Below, one piece after another: positions 43,941-56,800 of a stretch of 64,000 nt of DNA. The stretch comes from Hormiphora californensis (lineage: Eukaryota; Animalia; Ctenophora). The first letter of the stretch is position 1. Every line of letters starts with the position of its first letter. Below the pieces are notes generated by a model. The model made no database searches. It was not told the DNA's origin and worked only from the letters and a program-made list of their open reading frames with translations. The stretch spans positions 6,510,001-6,574,000 of the forward strand of contig CM035351.1 in assembly GCA_020137815.1 (NCBI GenBank). Reading direction: 5' to 3'. Position numbers and translations under genes: made by a program.

Positions 43941-46249
43941 CAGTCTTAACCTTAAAACGCCTTGCTACACCACCCTGGTACCAACAAGTCGAAACATGGA
44001 GGTATGGAGGGGGTATTGCAGCACTAACAATATGGACCACTCATTCACAAAGTGCAGCCCCAGCTCTCATTTAGCAAAAAGAGACCTCCGTTAGTAACGG
44101 TTAGTAACCTTCAAAGCAGTCCCCCCAGAGAACTACTACTGCACTTGGAGAACCTGACAAACCATGCCGACATATATTAGTGATGGGGGTCCATTAAGAG
44201 GTGTGGTGAGAGGTGCTCAAGTATGTAACAACAATGGATCTGTAGAGGGGGATTGTTACAGAGCTGTCACGAGAGAGAGACCACTTACAAAGTGTTTCAC
44301 GTGCTGCCCCCAACTATAGGGAGAGAGAGAGGAAGAGAGAGGAGAGAGAGAGAGAGAGAGAGAGATAGAGAGCTATGATCAAGATCAGATATAGCAGAAG
44401 AGATAGATAGAAGAGAGATAGAGGGTGGGGGTTTTTTCTGCGACGCTGCCTGGTCAACTAATGTTAATAAGAGCTAATGGTGGGGATTGGAGTAATACTC
44501 CTAGTATAACTCAGGGGGTACCCGGGGCCGGCCGAAAAATCCACTTAATTTGTAATCCTCCATCTCTCTTTCTCTTTCTCCTCTCTCTCCCTCTCTCTAT
44601 GTCGATATCATATAAAGATTTATCATCAGGAACCGGGGGCATTAGGCCCTCCTTAATACGCACTGATACCGCTCAGATTGAGTTAAATACTGATCATGTG
44701 AACCATCGGACAAGCTTTTAGCGTCTTAAATAACGGAGAAATTGCTGAAAGGGACGGAACTCCTGTACCCCCCCCCCCCCCCCCGGGTTATTATGATTCT
44801 CCAGTCTATATATAACCCAGAAAAACAATTCACCAAAGTTGCAGCACACAGCTATATATTAGATAAGGTGTGCATTAAAGACTGGTCAGTTAAATAAAAT
44901 GCTACAACAAGAAAGGCTACAACAAGAAAGCAGCACACTAAAAGCTTAGTAATGGGTTATTGTAGTCAAGGTAAAAAAGAGGGAAGATCTCTCTATCTCT
45001 TTCTCTCTATCTGTTCTCCCTTCCCTATTTGTCACTCCCTCGAGGGTAAACCTGAGTAAGAACTAGATGAACAACCTCCTTGTTAAACCCTGCTTCTAGC
45101 TCTTGAGAAACTTTCTACCTCAAAAATCGAACTGACCCCACGAAGATCCTCTCTCCCCCTCTCCTCTCCCTCCTCTCTCCTCTCTCTTCCCCTCCTCCCC
45201 TCTCTTTCTTCTCTTCTCTCTCCCTTTTCCCCTCTCCCATCCCTCCTCCTCTTCTCCCACTCTCCTCCCCTCCTCTCCACCCTTTCCCCTCCTCCCCTCC
45301 CTCCTCCCTTTCCTCCTCTTCTCCCCCTTTTTCTTCTCTTCTCTTCCCTCCCATCGTCAGAAAATCCGGGAAACCAACAACAGGACCCCCATTTCTTGGG
45401 GAAACTCTTCCTTTTTTTTTCCACCCCGGATTCAGCAACCAGGGGTTTAGTTGGGGTTTGAAAAAGTTCCCCGATTTTTTTTAAACACCAAAAGCTCGTT
45501 GATTAGTTGAAGCTAGCCGGCATGTGCTAAACAATGGACTGGGTGCGGTGTAACACATTGGAAGATAAAAGATCAATTGAACACTGCACGGGGCTTACTG
45601 ATTATTGTAAATTAAGAGAAAGGATTGAAATCAACCGAACAGCTTGTAGAGAGTTATATATATTGTGATCTGATCATAAATACCACAAATCTGTTATAGT
45701 AGATAGTAGTAGTACTCAACATATTATAGGGGGTCACACATTGACGAGTTATTATAGCCACGTCTAAGACGCTGGTTATAGTGGTAGATAATACAATATA
45801 CTAAAGTATGTATTCGAGCTATTTGATAAATTAAACTATTGAAATTCAGCTTGCAACACAGCTCGCACACATATTATTTCATTGAGAGCGCAGTGCGACA
45901 TGAAACAGGGGGTAGTTAGATCTAACACACATACAATAAACATATTATATATTCTCTCAGACACCTTCTGACCTCACGTAGTGTGTGATCAGAGAGACAT
46001 TTGGTGTGTGTGTCAAATCCCACTAGCTTGTTTGGGGGCAAAGAAAATAGATCACCCCGTATATATCAGTATTATAGCCACACCTTTAGAAGCAATTTAG
46101 ATTAGAGCAGATTAGATCTCTCATCTCCCTAATGTGTTTCACAAGACAAACAAGGTGACCGCCTTAACTCGAGACAGAGAGGGATAAACTCGTTTGTTAC
46201 ACGACCCTGTATCATCACCAAACTAGGAGGAATCTGAACCAAAGAGAGG

Positions 46250-46375
<126 letters not shown>

Positions 46376-49205
46376 CCGGTGCTGATCGTGTATGGCCACT
46401 CGTCATTGCCATCGATACTTTGTAAGGATGGGACCCTGTTGTAGTTATTTTAGCTGCACGATTCAAACCACTAAGCTGGTAAATAGTTGTAGTAAATTGA
46501 ATCGGTCCCACTCTACAAGATGGAATATAAATAGGTCAAATTCTTTAAAAACAACTATGTTAGAAGTTCCAGTCTGTGATATCAATTGTTGAGTAAGGGG
46601 TGGAGAACCCCTAACTCAAGATATCAAGGACTATGATCATGGCCGCTAAATCGTGATATTTGTATCACACTGTACAAGTTGTGATTGAAGGACAGCTGGA
46701 AAGGTGCACATATCAAACTGATGGGATGAAGGCACTGCTCTTGTAGTAGTGTATCGGATCTCTAAACCAGGATCAAGAGAGGGAGGAGGAGAGCTATTGT
46801 GCATCCTTGTTATGCAGGATAAATTGGCACGTGCAGGTCATGTGACCACGAGATAGGGACGTGATCCGTGAGAGATAGAGAAGGGGGAGTGTTGGCCCAA
46901 TTAGCCCTGCATGATCAGAGGGTCATTAATTAATTGACCGGCTAAAACAGACGCCCCTCACATGTGATGAGGGAGCGGGTGGCTGATCGATCCTCTCTAA
47001 AAACAGCTCACAACATGTTGTTGAGTAAGGGAGTGTAGTGACCAATAAACTGATTGCCCCAGAATTAGGGGGGCTAATTACCCCGCGCCGATCCTTCACA
47101 AGGACAACAGCAGCACTATATATCTGGAACATGGCATGTGACCAATTACCACCTTGGCTGCAAGACTCGACAACTAGTAGTAGGAACGCAGCGGGATCCC
47201 AGCCTGACAAGCAGCAGTGATTAGGCAGTGACACGACGGAATAGGAAGCTGCTGTCTGAATTCTCAAATCTGAATTCTCAAACTGGGAGTAGATCTCTCA
47301 CGTTTAGTTAGATGTGCAGCTAAATCAGGTGGGCAAGCAACTAGGTAACTACACGAGGGGGAATTTTAGAAAGTTCAGAGTAGTTCAGAGCTATCAACCT
47401 AGTTAACTTCTCAGTGAGAACTTCTCACATACCAACTAACATTCAATCCAAGCAAAATACAGTTTACGAATACCTCTAGTTATCAAATACAGTTGAACTC
47501 GATGTTTCTACTGTCTAGTTAGCAAATACAGTTTCCCTCCCAGTTTCCCGATACTTCTATTTAACAAATACAGTTTCCCACTACATACTTCTAGTTAGCA
47601 AATACAGTTTCCCTCCAGCTAACAGTAACAAAGATACACATTGTATAGGTGTATGATCACATGTGTGTATACAAAGCTGCAGGGTGTTCCACGCTAGTTG
47701 TCTGCGGGTTGTTTGCATGTGCACCATCATCTGCAGCACTAGACAAACATAGTGTTTGTTTTACCAACTCTCCTTCTCTCATTCTCTCTCCTCCATACTC
47801 TCTCCTTCTCTCATTCCCTCTCTCCCTCTCTCCTCCAAACTCTCTCCTCCCTTCTCTCTCCTCCAAACTCTCTCCTCCATTCTCTCTCCTCCCTTCTCTC
47901 TCCTACCTTCACGTGCGGTCATTGGAGACCAGGGATTGGTGGGAGAGAGTAGGGAAAACTATGCCATTTGACAGTACGGTCTGTCTCCCCCATCATGTAA
48001 AACTGTTTAAACAATAATTAAGAGCTAAACATATGAGGTAAGGCATCACAAAACGGCAGCAGTAGCAGCAGCAGCAATCCATCGCTCCATTAGCATACCG
48101 AACAAAACTGTAGGGTACATGGGATAAATACCTAGCTGATAAATGATAATACCAAATAAACATATTATATTGATAGGTTAACGAAATGGAAATCACTGCA
48201 GGTTCCCCTCATTTAGGTGCACTAGCTGCATGCACCTCCGACCTGGAGAGATCGTTACGTGCATGGTCGACTGCTCCATGTGCGGCAAGTTAGGTGTGAC
48301 ACTATAGGGAGCAGGGAAACTGTTTACTGCAATTGTGGTACATGCAGGGACACCATTTAGTGGACTAGACTGGTAGAGCTGTTGTCAATTCAATTAACTG
48401 TCATATGCCCAATGGCAGGTGTAGACAAGAGATCCCACACACTGTCCACTCTCCCTCCCATGTCTTTGCAGCCGGGTCACGTGGTATTTAGTTGCAAGGG
48501 CTCACTGTCTCTCTCCCCCTCTCTCTCTCTGGACGATAACCGGAAAACAAATGTGTTTATTCTAATTGAATTTTTGAACCCTTTTTCTATACTACTAGCG
48601 TTTTTGCTCTCCCTCTCCCCCTCTCATTGCCCATGTCCCTCTCTTTCTCTAACTCGCACATGTCAGCTTGTGTCAAAGTTATGTTTGCCATGGTTAATTG
48701 TATGAGTGGGGCTAGTAGTACTGGGGGGAGCTGCCGGTGCTGCAAACTATAATCTCATAACCATGCTGAACACCACTATAACCTCTCAGCTCCCATCCCA
48801 CCGGGGTTGTTTGTGGCTGTTCAGTGTTCAGTGAACAGCCACAACACTGTTCACCCCATTCATCAAATCGATAATCTACTCAGTACTCACGGAGACCGAT
48901 AATAATTTCTGTTACTTATCATGAACACTGAACAGGCAGTTAATGGATTAATTTTGGGGTATTGAGGTTAACTACATATTAACAACACCGTTTTTGTGAA
49001 GAGTGGGACTTGTCACCAAGGAACATATCATAGTGGGTGATAATATATATGACACAAGTGCAACCCAAAAACCAAAAACACTGTATATTAGAGAGAGGGG
49101 GAAACTAATCTTGATCTGTTGAGCGATTGGGGTTACTCAACTATAATCTTGACAGGTTAACCAATAATAATATCCAGTAATTTATCAGTAATATTATCAG
49201 TCACG

Positions 49206-50376
49206 TTATTCCGCGGTATAGCTGACAGTGTAGATTCCGGGGAAGAGACCCCATTGAGCCCCACACCTCCCCTCCCACCACCCATCTTGATTCTTGTAGT
49301 ACACATACACCAGGTCTAGGTACCCCAGGGTCAGTTCATCAGATTGTCGGGCTAGGTAGGGCCAGGCAGCTCTCACAACATCAATATGTTGGGGATCACT
49401 ATTACTACTACTAGATTCCTCATCACTACTCCCCTCCTCTTCATCTTCCCTCCCCTCTTCCTCTTCCCTCCACTCCTGAGGAATAGCTGCACGACCACCC
49501 CGGTACCCAGAGGAGGGTGGCTGTTGTTGTTGGGGTGGTTGGGAGAGGGAGTAGGTGTTGCCTCTAATAGCTATTGTGTCAATACTAAAGCTCTGTTGTA
49601 AGGCACTACTACCCCCTGCAGCTGACATCCTTCTGTGTCGCAGCGTGTCCCTTCCCTTGAACATATCTGCAATGTTAGCTACACTCTTACTACGCTCTCT
49701 GAGCTGTCTCTCTGTTCTGAACATGACATCTCCCTTACTGTACCTACAAAACAATGCCGTGAGGGGTCTTCCAACTAGCTTATTCTACAAATTTGAGAGG
49801 AATATGCAATCAAATTCTAAGTGTGCTTGAATTCTTTTTCAGTTGTTTCATAATAACTTACGTTTCTTCTTTTTTCCGTAGTCTAAGTGTGTTAAAATAA
49901 TCTGACAACTCCTTTCTACTAGATATGGGTCTGTAATCCTGAACCTGTTCTGACTCCTTTATACCATGTCCCACACTATCCAACGTGTTAAAATCAATCC
50001 TACTCCGAATATGAGCCCTAATACTCGGGACCTCGGACGGGGCTTTCATTCTGCTACCTTTCGGTGGGACACTTCTTGGAAGACACACCGTACCAACCCT
50101 GGACCGTGCATTCATTTCTCTGATAATACCAAATATCCGATTTAGATAACTGATATTTTCAGCGGTCTCCTCCAGCTCTCTCTCCTCCCGTGAGATGACA
50201 TTATCAAATGCAACCCCCATCTGAAGGAGGTTCTCTGAGAGACCGGCTAGTTTCCCAACCACATCTCCCAGAGTCAGGGTGGTTGGTAGGGGGTCAGTAG
50301 CAGTGTCTGCTATCTGTCTAAACTGAAGAAGTGCTGACAATGCCTCCCCCAACACCGACCCCTCACCGGGGTTCAT
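49206..50376 (-). CDS. ABI: Divergent Abl-interactor (ABI)-like protein with C-terminal SH3; two exons (50376-49862, 49743-49206)
   Basis: N-terminal WAVE-binding-like coil ...ENISYLNRIFGIIREMNARSRVG; HHR-like HIRSRIDFNTLDSVGHGIK (cf. YxRKPIDYxxLDDVGHGVK); SH3 AAWPY...DELT...DGWWEG...GLFPGIY; GT-AG intron keeps the frame. Confidence 0.75.
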
Positions 50377-50888
50377 CTAATAATAGTGCACTGTTAGTGG
50401 TCAATTGTATCTGGTATACGCCTAGGCCATTTTTCCAGGGTCAATGTGCTACTGCGTGTGTACGAAAACAAGTCTAGTGCACGCTCTGTCTGGCGGCGCC
50501 TACCTGATCTGAGCTCACTCAAAACGTGGCCGGGTGCCGCTAGACAAGCTAGACAGGTGGTGAACGATGGGTAAGTACACAAAACGAGTAGGCATGAATT
50601 TCATAAAGCTGTCTGTAGTAGTGCTACTTGAACAAATTGAAAATTGAGATTTGAGGCCCAACCATACTAAAACATGAGCAAAATTGTAACAAGCAAATAC
50701 GTGGGTTTGTTTATCTGATATACAGGTTTTAGGATCTATCTTTTTCTCAATATTATGGTTGGCATGGACTTCTCCGGAAAAAGCAGGCCAAAAAATGAGA
50801 ATCATACAATTTAATGTTAGTAAATACTATTATAACTTGAGAAGTGAATACTGATCAGAATGTGATCCGTGATCAGACTTATCCTGCA

Positions 50889-51079
50889 TTTTCGGAACGT
50901 GTTCGTCTCAACACTGCGCGTCGCAGACTGTACCAAACCCGGGCGAACAAGCTAACAATAGTGCAATTACATGTGCGCGATGTACTATATCGCATGGAAG
51001 TTCACTATTGTTAGCTCGCTCACCCGGGCTAGCTCGTTCACCCGCGACGTGCAATGCCGAGACGAACACGCTCCGAAAA
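50889..51079. mobile_element. Palindromic MITE
   Basis: TTTTCGGAACGTGTTCGTCTC ... GAGACGAACACGCTCCGAAAA inverted arms with an inner inverted GCTAACAATAGTG pair. Confidence 0.6.
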
Positions 51080-52834
51080 GAGAGCATTATTTATTCCAAA
51101 CTTTGCGGGCACGCAATGCACTTATATGTTTTATCTCAACTTAAATAAAGATAATTCAAGGCTGTTAAATTTAACACCCTCAATTTACATCTAACCCCCG
51201 GCAGCTGAAAGGGGGTAGGGTATCACGTGATTAGACTTTAAAAAGCACAAAAACAAAGGATTTAATACAAGGGGTGTCGCATATAACGTGCGAATTGCAC
51301 GACAACAACAATACCACGTGCAATATAGTACAAGGGGGCAGTTGACGTAAAACCATTGAGCAACAAATTGTTACACCTTTTATTTAACTTGAGGCTCAAT
51401 TTAACCAATCTTATCTAATCAGCAAGACAGGACTAAACTATGATTCTAGAACTAACTGCACTACTATATTAACTGCTATCTAATCCATATGGTTGTGTGA
51501 TTACTGGACCGGGACTGCACATTACAGAGCTAGCTGAGAGGGCTAGGATAAGGAGGAAGACACAACGTACTGACATGCTATGCTAGACTAACAGTCTCTA
51601 TCTGGTTACAGACAGTTATAGAGGGGACATCACGTGACACCCCCCCGCTCTACAGTTGTTTGTATCACGTGACCACATAAAATACACACTGCATATATAT
51701 TGCAATGTAGGACTATATGGGATCAGGCAAGCGGTGCTTTATATTAGAGATATAATCAGATGTATATAGATCAAAGTGGATTGGGAAAGTATCGGATTAG
51801 GATCATTATAATATAAAATCTAAGTTGCTAGAGTAAACGTTTTGGCCCCGCGACTCTAGCGATATTTTAAAAGGATTGTAAGTTAATTGAGTTGAGGGAC
51901 CAAATGGTATCAGTGTTTTAGATTGCCGAGTAATACAGCGATCCCTCTCTTATACCCTTATCAAATAAGAGGATGGAGATATAAAGTTTTAATCAGAGCG
52001 TGCTATTGACACTATAGAAATACTGAGTGCCCTCTTATCACGAGGGAGAAAGCTGTAATTAACGTTTTAAATGCACCACGTGTTCTCCCTCTCTCCCTGA
52101 GCTGCTATATGGCAGTGATTGGTTAAATAACACCGGAAATGCCCCCTCCTCCCTAGCTGATGATGGTGGTGATTTGGTGACCACAAGAACTGTACTCACC
52201 ACAACAACTCCTTGTAGTAGAGGTGTTAGAGTTAGAATATAAAGCTCCAGCTCCTGATTGGTCCGCTCATCCCCTTCCTCTCATCTCATTGGTCACATCC
52301 TCTAAATGATCTTTTGCGGTGGAGTAGCTGCTACAGCCGCCTCTCTCTCTCTCTAGGGGGAGGGATACGGTGTTATAATTTAATGGGTAAACTGGCACAC
52401 AACCGCGAGGACAAATAGTGCTAGTTGTAGGTCAAGTAGTGTTAGACAATGTCGGTCAATATTATTGTGGTCGATTTTTAAACGTTCTAGTTGGTCTATT
52501 AGATGGTTGCCATGCGTCACAACGAAGAATCAAGTGGAGAAACCGGAAACTTGAACAAGAATTTATATTGAAACGTATCACGATCAAGATCATAAAGTCT
52601 CACTACTAGCAACTGTAATTTGTAAAGGACAGGTACTTATCCTAGCAATATCTGATCCCTTTTACTAGCCTACCTAAAAGTAAACTGTTTGATCCATGAT
52701 CATATTTTACCCTATCAGAGCATTGGCCTGACCCTATTCTCAGGAACTGTGGTCAGAGCATTGGCCTGACCCTATTCTCAGAGAACTGTGGTCAGAGCAT
52801 TGGCATGACATATTTTACCCAGTAAAAGTTGTCA

Positions 52835-52991
52835 CAGTGGTGCTCCGTCAAATTGGCCGGCCGCACAGCGCCACCCAAAGCGTTGTCCGGACACGACGTC
52901 CAAATAAAATCAGTGGAATGCGTCTTTGACGTCGTGGACAACGCTTTGGACAATGTTTAATGAGGGCGGCTAATATGACGGGGCACCACTG
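52835..52991. mobile_element. Small MITE, possibly Harbinger-like
   Basis: TIR CAGTGGTGC(T/C)CCGTCA; TCA on both sides (3-bp TSD). Confidence 0.55.
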
Positions 52992-53809
52992 TCAGATCAC
53001 TGACCCTATTCTCATGTCTTTAAAATATCACTCCACTGCGTGTGACTGATACTGATAGAGCGCAGTTTTGATTGATTAGCAATTATAAGTCAGTAGATTC
53101 ATCAGGGATATATACAGAACAGGGAAATGATGGCATGTTACACTACTTCCCCCACAGCCGCCGCCGTGAGGGGGACAGTGTTACATATTAAAAGGAGTCA
53201 TAAGTTAGTTTAGAGATTGTATATATGCAGTTTTGATGACAAAGAGACTTCTAGTCAGCTATTAGATAGCAATACCCCTATCCTTGCTATTATATGGGCT
53301 TGCTATAAAAGAGAATCAGATAGACAGATGGAGAGAATAGCGAGAAAAAGAGGGGAGAAAATAGCGAGAAAAAGAGAAATAAAGGGGGAGAGAAAAAGAA
53401 GGAGAGTCAAGAGATCAAAGACGGCGAGAATGGAGACTTAGCTCCGCTTAGTTAATAAAATTCAGCGAACTTTATATTGTCAGTCGTGTAGACCTGAGTG
53501 TAGTAAATAGAGACAGCTTGTAACACTCGTCAGAGAGACAGGTCACATACCTTTATTCCAACACGGTATCCAGTTGCGATGATTTGTGATAATTATTTTC
53601 GGACAGGATATGAGGCATATCTGCTGCAGTGCCATGGACCTAGTGCTGAAACAGTAGACTTTGTAAGGAGAGAGGGTAGCGCGCGTTACGCATTGTCATA
53701 TTTACACACGCAGGGAGACAGGACGTAATTTGACTGAGAGAAGAAACGTAAAGAACAGTTTTGCATTTTTATAAACACTTTAAAAAATAAAATCAACCAA
53801 CCAGACCTT

Positions 53810-56800
53810 TCAATAATTCCGACCAATGTTATTAATTCTCCCATACTCATAATCCCCATTTCTCGCTACAAGGGGCCGAATCTCATGCTTTACCCACATT
53901 TGCTCTATTTTCTTATACAAAGTCTCAGAAAGTGTCAGTGCTTTGTTCCGGCTCGTTTTGAAGCTCTCCCCATATTTGTCCACGTACGGACCACTAAGAT
54001 GCATGCCCTGAGTACCCAGGGGCAGGAGTAGGACTTGGCATTTATCCAGGGTTAGGAACACACCCAGGGATCCACTACATTTATACGCGTGGACATTACA
54101 AGGACCACTAGTATGACCATTTATATCCTCACTGCAGCAGTAACTCTGATAGCACACCATCTCACCACATACCAAACATACCGCCAGGAACTTGTTCTTC
54201 CCTTTTGGGCAGCAGTAGGTTGAACCCCGGACCAACAGATCGATAAAACTCTCAGGCAGCTCCGCCAGTTTCCCCTCCCGAACTGATCTGCTGGCCACCA
54301 ATGCCTGCCAGAACTTATCCTTGTTGAGGGCCCCCAACCAGCCGTGTACCAGACTGCTCTTTAGAGTACCACTAATCTGGAGGAGAGAGGAGAGGGATCC
54401 TATACCCAGGTACGCTATCACCAGATCGAACTCTCCCTCGGGACTCTGTAGTTCACACAGTGTGGCAGGTCCTGTGATACAGGTGGAGTATCGGAGGAAG
54501 AGGGACATCTTCCGAAGGAAGGGGAGGAGCCTCTTCTTCAGTTGAGATAGGAGGTATGTGGGTGAGGGGTAGGGGTCATCTACCTCACTCATCCCAGACA
54601 CCTTCCTGATATATCCCCACACCCCTGCTACCTCAATGGCTAATGTACCCCCTGCACCCGTCTCTGGAGCGAGACTGCTGGGCTTCACTGACATCAGGAT
54701 CTTCAAGGTCTCAGCGAGTACTGATAGCTCCACCAGTGCCCCATTGTTACCTTTACCAGGTGTTGTTAGAAGGAACTTGGCTGCTACAAAGACAGTGAAT
54801 ACATCCATATTGAGCAGAGAGAGGGTGGGTGAGGGTCGGAAGAGAGATAACATTTCACTCTTCAGCTTGTTGCTGTGAACACCATACTGTATGCTGAGAG
54901 GAAAGGTCCAGAGGAACGTCTCCCAGAAAGATTCTTGATAACTCGCCAGCCCCGCTAACAAGGGCTTACCACGAATATTGTACTCCATAGCAGAGAACGT
55001 GTAGGCGATCATCTTCAAGGCGTATACAAGGGTTGGTGTTTCCTTTTTAGGTGTATTTAGTGTCATTCTGACCTTCTCAAAGAACCTGGTCATATCCATG
55101 TTGAATCGTACAGGATACGTCATCGCGTCGGGCCAGTCTTGCACTCCAATGATTCCCCCATCAAACTCAGGGAACAATGCTGCTCGGTGGTGCTCTATGG
55201 TCTCCAACACATCAGGGATGCCACTATCTTCTATCACCCGCTCCGATTCATCAGGTTCTGTAGTTGTCATCATGACGGCATTCTGATCAGTGTCATTGAC
55301 CACCTGTAGGAACTCTTCAGTGCTCATATCAGCGGGTTCTTTCTTTAGCGCCACAACAGGGACCACAGTGTTGCTGATCATCTTGCAGTAGGGGCAGACA
55401 AAACACTTGTTGCGGATGGGGTGTATCATACTGTCTCCTGCTAGAGTTAGTATCTGTCTGACAAGTGGATTAGGGGTGGTTCTGATGATGCTCTGAAGGC
55501 ACCTCATGTGGATGGGGTGGCCACAAGACTGGATATGAAGGTTCTCTCCCCCTAACAACTCCCCCATATCTCCTGGCAGATCGCCCGATTTCTGAGGCTT
55601 GAACACCACACTTTTCTCCACCAAACACCCGTACATTAGGGTTGTTTCATCAGTAACCTTCTCGCTATCGTGACACAAGATACACTGTAGTGTGGTGTTC
55701 TCCTGTGTGGGCAGTGGCCCCTTTTTAGCCCCACACGCCACCCTCTCCTCGCACTCCACCACCATCCCCTCCCCTTGCTCCTCTCCCTCCTCCACCTCCA
55801 TAGTTTCAAATACACCCTGGTTATCGGTAAAGAAAGCCGCCTGATCCATCTTAAACTTTCCCATGATGTTCCTCCTTCTGGCTGCTGCCTTTGCTGCCTT
55901 GTCACAGATCTTGTCACTACCCGTGTCCTGTCCTTTGCCTTCCTCAGCAGGTATCTCATTTGTCAGAACACCAGATGTGTGGACTATCCACCTCAGGATG
56001 GGTTTTATCTCCACAATGGCCTTAGCGGATGAGATCAGGAGAGTTTGTATCAGGGAGAGGATGGACTGCTGGTTGTTCACTGCAGTCTCAACACCATCAA
56101 ATATGAGGTAGTAGGGGTTCCCTGTGGCTGAGATGACTTCAGAGAACTTGGGATAGAGGGGTGTGGGACCGACCTGTTCGTCATGTAACCCGTTCATTAT
56201 AATGTGAACAACCTGGTGAACCAGGAGGTCAGATACCATGGGACTCTCCGAGGTGAATCTTAGTAACACAACGTACATGAACCTCTGTAGGACTGGACTG
56301 GTAAAGTACTGACGTAACCCTGACATTGCTGTTACAAATGGAGGCATTGGTGGAGGAATGAAATTCTTCCTCTTACCCAGCCAGGCATAATAGACACCCT
56401 CAACTCTCTGTCTTTGACCGTGGGCAAAGTGATAATAGAATGGGTTCAGCTCCTCGTATAACGCTGGTTTCAAACTCATGCTAATCTTAACCCCATCTTC
56501 CTTTACTTTCACAGCTATCTCTTCAAACATTTCCTCCATCTTAGGGGTCCTGGTGATCCTCTCCTCCATCAAACTGGTGAAATTCATTTCCAGAGATCGC
56601 ATAACTTTACTACGGGGCAGCCGGGCGGTGGCCAGGATATGAAGGGCATCCTTCCGTATTATATCGTAATCAGTCGCCTCACTGACATTAGCTCTATGTC
56701 GCTCACAGACCGTATACAGGACCAGAGAGGCGAAGGCCTCTGCCATCCTGAGTAGAGGTATAAATGGAACGTCAGTGTTAGGCTGAACGAAGAAGGGCTC

